From: a virus
Taxonomy: Duplodnaviria > Caudoviricetes
Direction: 5' to 3' (one strand)
DNA: 64,000 nucleotides
IMG/VR virus record: IMGVR_UViG_3300037361_000044
Location: 32,001-96,000 of that record
Positions within the stretch are counted from its first letter, which is position 1; the number at the start of each line of letters is the position of its first letter. Positions 45,634 through 54,317 of this stretch are shown here, in pieces. The translations under genes were made by a program, and so were the position numbers. The notes under the pieces were generated by a model that searched no databases, had not been told where the DNA came from, and was given only the letters and a program-made list of their open reading frames with translations.

Positions 45634-46086
45634 ATGGGCAAGCGTCCGGTTCTTTCGAACTACCCGCACCTGCACAGTATCCTGCGGAACGACCCGGTCG
45701 CGAACCAGCAGTTCAATGCCGCAATCTCTGGCCTCAGCCTACCCAACACTGGTAGCGAGGAAGCTAGGCTACAGAAGCAGCTCGATGACATGCGAAAGTC
45801 GCTCATCGCCCAAGAGACCAAGGTGAAGGAGGCCGGTAGGCTGCTTATGCGGCAGCGGGCATTCATCAAGCTCTTGGGCGAGGTCATCGAGTCGCAGACA
45901 AAGCTCGAGCCGCACACCACAGACATCGACCGTGGTAGGAGATACGACATCTCCTTCAGCCCTGACAACATTCGTGTGGCTTTGCGGTTGTACTGGGATA
46001 TTTTGTCTAAGGATATGGAGTCCTCCATCGCGCGGGTGGTGAGCATCAAAGCTGCGCAGGAAGCTCCAGAAGATGAGCTTGAATAG
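45634..46086 (+). CDS. coiled-coil hypothetical protein
   Basis: 150 aa. Confidence 0.65.
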   Translation: MGKRPVLSNYPHLHSILRNDPVANQQFNAAISGLSLPNTGSEEARLQKQLDDMRKSLIAQETKVKEAGRLLMRQRAFIKLLGEVIESQTKLEPHTTDIDRGRRYDISFSPDNIRVALRLYWDILSKDMESSIARVVSIKAAQEAPEDELE

Positions 46087-46555
46087 CGGAAAGAGTAGCG
46101 CTGCTGACCTCAGGTGGAGGCGGCAGCGCAAAGCTCTGGACAAAGCCAAGGCTGACAGGAAGGCCTATCGTCGCTACGTTGTGATCAAGACGTCAGAGGA
46201 CATGGAGGCGGAGTTCGTTCGACTCACATTTGCTAAGGAGCGGCATGTAGTCGGCGTCGACATTGGCGCCGTAGAGTCCGACCGCTCAGCGCTTGTGGCG
46301 GGTCGACAGCTTGGAAAGAACCTGTACATCGAGTTCATTCAGCACATACAGGCCGAGACTCGCTTCATGTTTAGCACTCCAGTGCAGGAGCTGAACGAGG
46401 CAGCGCTGCACGAGATAGAAAGGATCCTAGATGACTACGAAGCCTCCGTTGGGTCAGATTCAAAGGACCCCGGCACACCTAGAGTGGAGAGTATCCGCAG
46501 TGACTTGCGAAAGCTCTTCGGAGTTCGCGGCGGCGCTGCAGGAGGAGTTGAATAA
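46073..46555 (+). CDS. hypothetical protein with terminase-nuclease-like segment
   Basis: HVVGVDIGAVESDRSALVAG...LYIE. Confidence 0.5.
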   Translation: MSLNSGKSSAADLRWRRQRKALDKAKADRKAYRRYVVIKTSEDMEAEFVRLTFAKERHVVGVDIGAVESDRSALVAGRQLGKNLYIEFIQHIQAETRFMFSTPVQELNEAALHEIERILDDYEASVGSDSKDPGTPRVESIRSDLRKLFGVRGGAAGGVE

Positions 46556-46688
46556 GAACACCGCTGAGGGCTTTTCGTTAGCCCAGATGTTCGTACGTGG
46601 ACCAAATTCGGACGCAATACTGGTTCATCAGCGGGTTACGGTACAGCCCGCGAGCGAGCCACCCAGTTCAGCAGAAGGAATGCACTAA

Positions 46689-47495
46689 ATGGAAACTGAA
46701 GAAGTCGAAGGCACGATGACCTTGGAGATCGCTCAGAAGGAAGTAGTTGAGTGGGCGTTGCGAAACTTCGGGGAGCAGGGTTCCTATCGCCCGTTGATGG
46801 GCATGCTGGAGGAGCTCGGCGAGTTCTGTGAGGCAAGGGATCGGTTCGACGTAAAGAACATGCGTGACGCCATCGGCGACATCGGCATCTACATGTTGCA
46901 CTACTGTGCCATCCGCGGCTGGAGCATGTCCGAGCTCTGGGACGACAGGGTCGGCCCCACTGGCCCCACCATGTCCACGGTGAAGGCGCTGTGCCACAGC
47001 CAGCTCAAGGGCGAGCAGAACATTCGAGGTGGTGCCGCCAGGCATGACTTCCTTCTGAAGAAGGAGCTGTCCAACCTGCTGTGGCGCATGGACCAGGCAG
47101 CCATCGATGTTGGCACCGACTGCTTGGTGCTGATTTACAACATCTGGGAGAAGGTGAAGCAGCGGGACTGGCAGAAGAATCCCAACAACGCGGACAAGGT
47201 TGCTGCTGGTGCATCGCCCGAGGGTGCTGGGGGCGACTCCCCAGTGGTGCTGGAAATTCTTGCTGAAGAGGATGCCAAATTTATAGCGGACATAGATGCA
47301 GCAGTGGAGGCATCTCGCTGCGAGGACACACTACGTCCAGATGAGACGCCAGCGTTAGCCGAAACAGCGGAAGCGTTTCACGCCATGCTGGAGAGCAAGA
47401 ACCCATCTAGGTCAATGTTCAGCATGGAGCTCATTGAAGACACCCCGGAGGTCCCGGGTCCCGAGGCTCACAGGAATACGGTGTCCAATGGCTGA
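46689..47495 (+). CDS. MazG-like nucleotide pyrophosphohydrolase
   Basis: WALRNFG, EELGE, DAIGDIGIYM, WEKVKQRDW; tandem helical repeat. Confidence 0.8.
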   Translation: METEEVEGTMTLEIAQKEVVEWALRNFGEQGSYRPLMGMLEELGEFCEARDRFDVKNMRDAIGDIGIYMLHYCAIRGWSMSELWDDRVGPTGPTMSTVKALCHSQLKGEQNIRGGAARHDFLLKKELSNLLWRMDQAAIDVGTDCLVLIYNIWEKVKQRDWQKNPNNADKVAAGASPEGAGGDSPVVLEILAEEDAKFIADIDAAVEASRCEDTLRPDETPALAETAEAFHAMLESKNPSRSMFSMELIEDTPEVPGPEAHRNTVSNG

Positions 47496-48126
47496 CGGAG
47501 GAGTCCTCACCGGTCCTGAGATCGAGTACCAGTGCAAGCGGGGGAACATCGTCATCGACCCGTTCAATCAGGAGCAGGTCAACCCCGCGTCGTACGACCT
47601 GCGGTTGGGGTCTAAGGTGGCCGTCTACCGCGCGTGCGTTGTTCGGTCTCTTACGAAGATAGACCCAAACCAAGTAGCGCAGGAAGGCAACATAGTCGCA
47701 GAGACGACAGGAGAGGGGCTGTATCCTTGGAGCGACGTCATGGACTCCAAGCAGCCACAAGGGGTGCTGGAGTTCGAGATGAATCCTGACCGCGGGTGGT
47801 TGCTGAAGCCTGGCGTCGGGTATCTCATGCATACGGCTGAACGCGTGAGGACGGACAAGTATGTTCCCGTGCTGGATGGCAAGTCCTCCATTGGTAGGCT
47901 CTTCATAGCGGTGCACGTGACTGCAGGTTACGGAGACACGGGCTTCGACGGGCAGTACACTCTGGAGGTTGTGGCCACCCATCCCGTCATCGTCTACCCT
48001 GGGATGCGCTTCTGCCAGATTCGATTCCACACCGCAGTAGGGGATGTGCTCCCGTACCGCGGCAACTACACCGGGGATGCCTCCATGGGTCCTGTGCCGT
48101 CACGGGCGTACAACCAGTTCAAGTGA
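47488..48126 (+). CDS. dcd: dCTP deaminase
   Basis: NPASYDLRLG, DGKSSIGRL, TAGYGDTGFDGQYTLE, YPGMRFCQI. Confidence 0.93.
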   Translation: MADGGVLTGPEIEYQCKRGNIVIDPFNQEQVNPASYDLRLGSKVAVYRACVVRSLTKIDPNQVAQEGNIVAETTGEGLYPWSDVMDSKQPQGVLEFEMNPDRGWLLKPGVGYLMHTAERVRTDKYVPVLDGKSSIGRLFIAVHVTAGYGDTGFDGQYTLEVVATHPVIVYPGMRFCQIRFHTAVGDVLPYRGNYTGDASMGPVPSRAYNQFK

Positions 48127-48138
48127 TAGGCTTGTGCC

Positions 48139-48489
48139 ATGCCCTCGGTAGACGCACCTTCCCAGCAGTCGAACAAGGAAGCTGGTGCCCTCGATCAGAA
48201 CGAGGAGCTTCGACGCGTCATCAACCAGTCCTTGGGCGCGGTACTGGGAAGGCAGACGACTGAGAGCTTCTTCGCCATTACCTACGAAGAGCTGGCTGAC
48301 GCGCAGATAGAGAGAATCTCAGGCAAGGGTACGGATGTTCGTCCGAACGAGCTCGAGCGGGTAGCAAAGGTGAAAAGTGACCTGCTGGGCGTGGTGGACA
48401 AGATTCGTGCCTTGCCGCCTGAGAGCTTCCTGATGAGCGATGCCACGAGGGACGTCAACACCCCCGTGGAGCCTGCCGACGAGGTATGA
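48139..48489 (+). CDS. hypothetical protein (leaderless, TGATAGGCT -10)
   Basis: 116 aa. Confidence 0.6.
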   Translation: MPSVDAPSQQSNKEAGALDQNEELRRVINQSLGAVLGRQTTESFFAITYEELADAQIERISGKGTDVRPNELERVAKVKSDLLGVVDKIRALPPESFLMSDATRDVNTPVEPADEV

Positions 48490-48496
48490 TGCCTCT

Positions 48497-48558
48497 GGTA
48501 CCTGGGTCTCGGTTCTTTCCCCCTCTACGGGGCCCAGGTACCTTTCTTTTAGGTAGCC
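48497..48558 (+). terminator. intrinsic terminator-like hairpin
   Basis: GGTACCTGGG...CCCAGGTACC plus TTTCTTTTAGGTAGCC. Confidence 0.6.
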
Positions 48559-48559
48559 A

Positions 48560-49654
48560 ATGGCAAAGTGGATAGTCGTCGGAGCAGGTCTCACGGGCGC
48601 CACGTTGGCGGAACGCATCGCCACTGTACGCGGTGAGGAGGTCAGGGTGGTCGAGCGGAGGCCTTACGTTGGGGGCGCCGCGGCGGACTACGTGATCGAT
48701 GAGGGTTTGCTGGTTCAGCGGTGCGGTCCCCACGTTTTCCACACGGAATCCCCAAGGCTGTGGAACTACCTGGAGCCGTTTTCGGACTGGCGGCCGTTCC
48801 GGTACCAGGTGTCTGCCTACACGAACGGGAGCTTCGTGCCGCTGCCGGTCGGCTTCCGCGGGATCGACATCCTGTTCCCCGAGAAGGCGTCAGCCGTGAA
48901 GATGGCGCTCACGGACAGGTTCGAGGTTGGGCAGAAGGTCTCCATCCACAAGCTGTTGAAGGAGCCAGAGCCTCTACTGCATGAGGTTGCCTGCACCATC
49001 TACGATACGGTGTTTCGCTGGTACACGATGAAGCAGTGGGGTATTCAACCAGAGGCGCTTGACCCGTCTGTGCTGGCACGCGTGCCCATCATCATTGGTG
49101 ACCAGGACAGCTACACAGGAGACCGCATTCAAGCGGTTCCTACCAAGGGGTTCACGCACCTGGTGTCACGGATGCTGGACCATCCCAAGATCACAGTCGA
49201 CCTTCAGAGTGACTACGATCCGCAGTACCCAGCCGCTGGCTACAACGTTCTGTACAGCGGTGCCATTGATGAGTTCTTCAGGTACGAGTGCGGAAGTCTT
49301 CCGTATCGCAGTGTGTGCTTCGACCTGCAGGTACTGCAGCAGGAGCATGTGCTTCCAGTTCCCACGGTGACCTACCCGAACAGCATGCCGTACACGCGAG
49401 CTACGGATATGAAGCAGGTTACGGGGCAAGCGCATGCGCTGTCGGCAGTGGTCTATGAGTACCCGACGCCTTGTCGGAGAAACATGCCCCCTTACTACCC
49501 AGTGCCAACCACCAAGAGCCGAGAACTGTACTTGATGTACGCCAGAAGGGCGGAGACTACGGACGTGCGTTTCTGCGGGCGCCTTGGCGAGTATCGGTAC
49601 TACAACATGGACCAAGCTGTGGCTTCGGCTCTGGCCCTTTTCGAGAGGTTGTGA
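48560..49654 (+). CDS. glf: UDP-galactopyranose mutase
   Basis: VGAGLTG FAD motif, GPHVFHT, YTMKQWG, PYYP, GRLGEYRYYNMDQ. Confidence 0.95.
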   Translation: MAKWIVVGAGLTGATLAERIATVRGEEVRVVERRPYVGGAAADYVIDEGLLVQRCGPHVFHTESPRLWNYLEPFSDWRPFRYQVSAYTNGSFVPLPVGFRGIDILFPEKASAVKMALTDRFEVGQKVSIHKLLKEPEPLLHEVACTIYDTVFRWYTMKQWGIQPEALDPSVLARVPIIIGDQDSYTGDRIQAVPTKGFTHLVSRMLDHPKITVDLQSDYDPQYPAAGYNVLYSGAIDEFFRYECGSLPYRSVCFDLQVLQQEHVLPVPTVTYPNSMPYTRATDMKQVTGQAHALSAVVYEYPTPCRRNMPPYYPVPTTKSRELYLMYARRAETTDVRFCGRLGEYRYYNMDQAVASALALFERL

Positions 49655-50346
49655 TGCGCAAGAATCTACTGGTTGTGCGCGCGGGCGAGCCCTCTATGCA
49701 TCCTGAGTGGGATGACGGCTCGCCTCGAAACTTTGATTTGATGGTGTCCTACTACCACCCAACAATAGAGCCCTTCGAGGACGACTCCGAGTATCAGCAT
49801 CGCTGCGAAGGGCCTCCGTGGAAAGGCAACGCAGACGTCTGTAAGAAGCACGCAGAGCTGTTGACCTCTTACGACTTCGTTGCATTTGCCGATGATGACA
49901 TCTTGACCACGTACACAGACATGAGTCGTCTCTTCGACATCTGCTCCTGGTACGGGCTGTCTTTGGCCACTCCTGCCATCACGGTCAACTCCGTCCCAGA
50001 CCTAGAGCCACGCAGTGGTTTGTTGCTGCGGTATATGGATAGGTGCGACCTCATCTGCCCGGTGTTTGGAATGGCTGCTCTGGTGCGCCTCATGAGCACC
50101 TTTTCAGAAAGCCAGTCTGGGTGGGGTCTTCCTCATCTTTGGGCGCACATGTGCGCTCGTCCGTTCTTCACCACAGCGGTGGTGGACGACGTGGTCGTGC
50201 GGCACATGCGTCCCTTCAGCGGGGGCAGACTGCAGGCCGGTGGGGTGAACCCCCTCAAGGAGCAGTACGAAATCTTCACGAAATATGGGCTGAAGCCTGC
50301 GGACCGTCGGTTTTTTGGGGAGGTACCCCTGTTCGCTTCCAGGTAG
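49654..50346 (+). CDS. GT-A-like glycosyltransferase (DUF707-like)
   Basis: RNFDL..SYY, YDFVAFADDDI, PVF, SGWGL..LW, VVD...V.H.RP. Confidence 0.75.
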   Translation: MRKNLLVVRAGEPSMHPEWDDGSPRNFDLMVSYYHPTIEPFEDDSEYQHRCEGPPWKGNADVCKKHAELLTSYDFVAFADDDILTTYTDMSRLFDICSWYGLSLATPAITVNSVPDLEPRSGLLLRYMDRCDLICPVFGMAALVRLMSTFSESQSGWGLPHLWAHMCARPFFTTAVVDDVVVRHMRPFSGGRLQAGGVNPLKEQYEIFTKYGLKPADRRFFGEVPLFASR

Positions 50347-50357
50347 GTGCGTGCATA

Positions 50358-50801
50358 ATGGGGGACATGGCTGCCACCGACACCAAGACCGTGCCTGAGA
50401 ACGAGCTTAGCGAAGCCACCTGCGTAGACCGTGGCAAGTGCGCGTGCCACGCAGACCAGGACGCCCTTGGTAGGCAGTTCTCGTCCCATCCCGATCCACA
50501 TGTTCGAATGATCGCGCACATGTCGAATCGGCAGCTGGCACTATCAGAGCAGTTGGGCGACAACACGAAGATGGCGTTCAAGTTAGCGGGGGCAGTACAT
50601 TCGTTACAAGAGAAGGTGGACGTCAATACCACCGAGCTACGCAAAGTGAGTGAAGCGCTGGCGTCTATGGCCGCCGCGATGGAGAAGCTCATTGAGGCAG
50701 TAGGGGCGTTGACCAAACAACACTCCGACCTTGCTGAGCGCACAGAAGACCTAGAAGAAGCTGCTGGCTTGGGCGCAGGTGCAGCCATACCTCCCGCCTG
50801 A
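50358..50801 (+). CDS. coiled-coil hypothetical protein
   Basis: Long heptad repeat. Confidence 0.6.
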   Translation: MGDMAATDTKTVPENELSEATCVDRGKCACHADQDALGRQFSSHPDPHVRMIAHMSNRQLALSEQLGDNTKMAFKLAGAVHSLQEKVDVNTTELRKVSEALASMAAAMEKLIEAVGALTKQHSDLAERTEDLEEAAGLGAGAAIPPA

Positions 50802-50867
50802 CCGGGCGGTGGTTTGACCTGTTGAAGTTCCCCGTGCTACTAAGCCGGTTCAGCACAAGGAGGAACT

Positions 50868-51512
50868 TTGCGATTGAGGGTACTATCTGCGGGCCTCTGT
50901 CTCGTGCATTTGGCGTACGGGCAAGAATGCCCTGCGGACATGGTGTTGGCGAGACCAGGCGTATGCGTCGACAGGTATGAGTACTCGAGCATGCCTACCG
51001 ACATAGGCTTGGGTAAGCCATTCTTGGCGGCAAGCGGGATACCAGAGCCTGGTTTTATAGACGGAGTGATCTGGGATGCGACAACATCATGCCGCTTGAG
51101 CGGCAAAAGAACGTGTCATCTCCGTGAGTGGGTAGCCGCTTGTAAGGGCGTCGGCGGTACGAAGTACCCGTACGGGGATCGCTATGATGCATCGGCCTGC
51201 AATACGAACAAGCAATGGAGGTACTTCGACTTCAAGAGGGTGTCCTCCAGGAACTATGATGAGCTAGAGCGCTTAGACCAGAGCGCACCAGTTGGCTCTT
51301 TCCCTCGCTGTGTAAGCGCTGCGGGGGCCTACGACATGGTCGGTAACGCAGAGGAGTGGGTGCGATGCGACTCAGGTAAGTTTGGGTGGTGTTTGGTTGG
51401 TGGCTATTGGGCTCACCCGCAAACCTGCACAGAAGCCATCGTGGTGCACGCCCCCAATTGGCATCTGTACGAGACATCATTTAGGTGCTGCATGGACGTG
51501 GAGATTACATGA
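50868..51512 (+). CDS. secreted FGE-sulfatase (SUMF1/C-type lectin fold) protein
   Basis: Signal peptide, CPADMV, CVDRYE, GKRTC..EW..AC, YPYG, YDMVGNAEEW, GGYW, FRCC. Confidence 0.88.
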   Translation: MRLRVLSAGLCLVHLAYGQECPADMVLARPGVCVDRYEYSSMPTDIGLGKPFLAASGIPEPGFIDGVIWDATTSCRLSGKRTCHLREWVAACKGVGGTKYPYGDRYDASACNTNKQWRYFDFKRVSSRNYDELERLDQSAPVGSFPRCVSAAGAYDMVGNAEEWVRCDSGKFGWCLVGGYWAHPQTCTEAIVVHAPNWHLYETSFRCCMDVEIT

Positions 51513-52228
51513 CGACATTGATTCAGGCGATTACGGTACTACTCATGGGTTTCATCATGCGGGAGGCTCCCAACGTACGCGAGGGCAAGCCGATCTACGA
51601 TGAGTTCCAGACGAGCATCGGCACTCTAGTGCCACTGCATGCGCGCATCGCCACGGGTCTGTTGGTGGACCCGCAGTTTGATATCTTGGTGCTGTCGGCT
51701 GTGAACTACAGAGAATCGCGTATGCGACTGCCGGCCCCCGAAGGCGACTGCCGTTGGGGGCACAAGCTCGACCACGTACCGTCTGGATCGTGGCCTGAGG
51801 GGTACAAGCCAAAGTCCATGCGCATCTGCAACGCAGTTGGTCCCATGCAGCTCAATCGAGGAGCGGGGTATCAAACGCTCAGTTGGACGGAGACCAACGA
51901 CATGTTCTCCGTCAAGGGCGTACGCGACCTGCAGGACACGGAAACCAACGTGCAGTTGGCCTACGCCATTCTCACTCACTGGAAGAACGTGTGCCGGGAT
52001 CGAGATGGCAGTGAAGCTCCCATGGGTGTGTGGCTGACGGCGTATCGCCGCGGCAGCTGCCCTACGGTGGGGAAGACTCGCAGGTACTACGTGGACCATG
52101 AGGCCAAGATTCGGTGTAAGATGGCCAACGACATGGCGAAGGACCTGCAGGGGAACGACGGGGTGGCCTATGCCGGCCCCATCGAAGTTCCTTGTACGTA
52201 CGCAGACGAAACCAAGCCTAGAGAATAG
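51509..52228 (+). CDS. lytic transglycosylase (SLT)-like protein with N-terminal hydrophobic anchor
   Basis: YRES, AVGPMQL, D..TNVQLA..IL, AY. Confidence 0.65.
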   Translation: MTTLIQAITVLLMGFIMREAPNVREGKPIYDEFQTSIGTLVPLHARIATGLLVDPQFDILVLSAVNYRESRMRLPAPEGDCRWGHKLDHVPSGSWPEGYKPKSMRICNAVGPMQLNRGAGYQTLSWTETNDMFSVKGVRDLQDTETNVQLAYAILTHWKNVCRDRDGSEAPMGVWLTAYRRGSCPTVGKTRRYYVDHEAKIRCKMANDMAKDLQGNDGVAYAGPIEVPCTYADETKPRE

Positions 52229-52241
52229 AACGGAGAATCAC

Positions 52242-53366
52242 ATGGTAAGTGCAGCTTCAATTGGTTGGGGATCCTATCAGCAATTTGAAGGTCCTTGGTA
52301 CAAAGGGAAGTGCTCGTATGTACTTCCCGGAAGCCCATCTGAGGATGAGAAGGTCATGGCGGTCATCACGGCGACCGAGGGGGGTAAATTTGACGCCTTC
52401 AACGGCTACGACAGCTGCGGCTGGACGTCAGGCATCATTCAATGGATCGAGAAGGGGCAGTACTCCATCTCGGACATGCTGGGCGCTGTGGCTGAGAATG
52501 ATGCCACCTCTGAAGACGAGTTCCTAAAGACGGTGGATGCCATGGCCGCGTCTTGTGGCTATTCGTTCCGCAAGTGGGTCGGAGGTCGCTACCGGTTCTC
52601 TTCGTCGGCAGGCGTGGTCGACACGTACGACGAGCAGAAGAAGCTCTTTTACGTGCACGGTGACGGGACCAAGGGCACGTGGGATGACGGTACAAAGCTC
52701 TACGCACGGCAGTGGGCGGCGGCTATCTCCACCGTGTGGGAGAACTCCGAGTCGCAGAAGGTCCAGCTCACCTTCACGGCGCAGCGCCTTGGCGGTTTCA
52801 TGCAGGTGTACGCCAAGGGGATCTTCGAATCGATGCCCGATACTGACCTTGCCAGAGGTGTCAGGGCTGCTTACCTGTCCTTCGCCGCCAACAACCCCAC
52901 CTGGGCGAACAAGGCACTGAAGGCAGGTGTGAACAGCACCACGACAACTCCTTGGACTATGGACTGGGCCATCGCTGTCTTGAAGTACCTGACGTTCAAC
53001 CCGCAGGTTGCAATCTACCCCCACAGGTATGACTGCATCAGGCCCGTGCTCGAGAAGGTCTATGGGCTGCAGCTTCCAGACTTCGCGGCGGAGCTCAAGG
53101 CATGGTCAATCAAGACTGGCATCCCCGCGGGGATCGCCACCGTGGACGTGCAGCGTGCGCTTCTCAAGCTCGGCTACGACCTGGGTCCTGCCGAGGATGA
53201 TGGAAAGTACGGCGACAAGACCAGGGCCGCGGTGCTGTCGCTCGAGCAGACGAGTGGCATGGTCCCCAAGGAGGCGCAGGATGGAATGGTGGACGTCTAC
53301 ACCTTCCCAGCTCTATGCGCCGCGCTGGAGGCTAAGGGACTGCCCCTGATGTCCACTGATGGCTGA
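52242..53366 (+). CDS. endolysin: lysozyme-like domain plus C-terminal peptidoglycan-binding domain
   Basis: ATEGG.FDAFNGYD...SGIIQW; VQRALLKLGYDLG..DGKYGDKTRAAV. Confidence 0.8.
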   Translation: MVSAASIGWGSYQQFEGPWYKGKCSYVLPGSPSEDEKVMAVITATEGGKFDAFNGYDSCGWTSGIIQWIEKGQYSISDMLGAVAENDATSEDEFLKTVDAMAASCGYSFRKWVGGRYRFSSSAGVVDTYDEQKKLFYVHGDGTKGTWDDGTKLYARQWAAAISTVWENSESQKVQLTFTAQRLGGFMQVYAKGIFESMPDTDLARGVRAAYLSFAANNPTWANKALKAGVNSTTTTPWTMDWAIAVLKYLTFNPQVAIYPHRYDCIRPVLEKVYGLQLPDFAAELKAWSIKTGIPAGIATVDVQRALLKLGYDLGPAEDDGKYGDKTRAAVLSLEQTSGMVPKEAQDGMVDVYTFPALCAALEAKGLPLMSTDG

Positions 53367-53424
53367 AAAACAGGCTGACGAAGAAAGTACTTGCCCAAAG
53401 CTCGAGCTGCTGTAGGATTGGCTG

Positions 53425-53516
53425 GCACACGGTTGTTCGTTCTCGGGCTAGTGACGCACTTGTGGTAGGTGGATTGGAGGCTCCCGGCACACCCCGGGGG
53501 CCTCTCCTTTTTTTAG
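53425..53516 (+). ncRNA. candidate ~90-nt small RNA
   Basis: TTGCCC-N16-TAGGAT promoter (53391-53418), no real ORF, strong hairpin plus T7 terminator. Confidence 0.4.
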
Positions 53517-53520
53517 CCCC
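53477..53520 (+). terminator. intrinsic terminator
   Basis: GAGGCTCCCGG-loop-CCGGGGGCCTC plus TCCTTTTTTTAGCCCC. Confidence 0.8.
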
Positions 53521-53540
53521 TCGGAATGCTAGGATGAGCT

Positions 53541-54197
53541 GTGCCCGTAGACTTCCAGGTCGCGTTCCCGCAAGAGCTCGTGAAGGTCAGCCAAATCACC
53601 AACGTGGCTGGTTTGGCGTTGCGCACCTTGAACATCGTTGGCGATGACTTCCGATCAGTCGACGAGGTTCGGATGAACGAGGTCGTCTCACCCTCGGTGG
53701 TGGTGCTCAGCAAGAACCGACTGTTGGCGGAGGTTCCTGAGTCCTTGCGGGAGTCGACCATAACGTCGGTGGCTGTCCTGAGCAGGCGGCTCATTATCAC
53801 GCCGCGAAGCTTCATTCGATTCCGCATAGGGACGTCTGCTAGCAAGACACGCGGCATTTTGCGCTTGATGCAACTGTTCCTGAAGATCCTGTTCACCACA
53901 CCAGGTACGGACATCTTTGCGCCAAAGATCGGCGGAGGGGCATTGACGCACTTGGGACAAAGCGTAGGCCTTGAGCAGGGGTCAGATGTGACGGCAGGAT
54001 TGGTTGTGAGTGTGGACTCCACTGCTCGGCAGATCGTGCAGATTCAGGGTAGAAATCAATCCATACCCCCTGATGAGCGCCTGCTGTCTGCCAAGGTACT
54101 GTCGGCTGGATTCAACAAGAACGAGACGGCCCTCGTGGCTTCCATCGAGCTGGTATCCATGGCTGGTACGGCTGCTGTTGCACGGCTCGAGGTTTGA
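53541..54197 (+). CDS. baseplate wedge protein (gp25/GPW-like)
   Basis: LFTTPGTDIFAPKIGG motif; leaderless GTG after TGCTAGGAT; upstream of a baseplate J-like gene. Confidence 0.65.
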   Translation: MPVDFQVAFPQELVKVSQITNVAGLALRTLNIVGDDFRSVDEVRMNEVVSPSVVVLSKNRLLAEVPESLRESTITSVAVLSRRLIITPRSFIRFRIGTSASKTRGILRLMQLFLKILFTTPGTDIFAPKIGGGALTHLGQSVGLEQGSDVTAGLVVSVDSTARQIVQIQGRNQSIPPDERLLSAKVLSAGFNKNETALVASIELVSMAGTAAVARLEV

Positions 54198-54233
54198 GGG
54201 GGCTAAAGAAAAGACGGGTGTATTCGTCTTTTC
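54198..54233. terminator. bidirectional terminator
   Basis: GAAAAGACGG-gtgta-TTCGTCTTTTC; minus tail TTTTCTTTAGCCCC. Confidence 0.75.
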
Positions 54234-54317
54234 AGTGAATTGCGTTAGCGGTACTAACGCAAAGGACCCACTCAAGGCATTCCCTTAGGGTCTCAAAATG
54301 ATACCATAGGACTTGTA

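Noticed and set aside
50868-51512. FGE/C-lectin protein as a diversity-generating retroelement target
   Set aside because: No reverse transcriptase and no near-identical template repeat of its 3' end seen in this window
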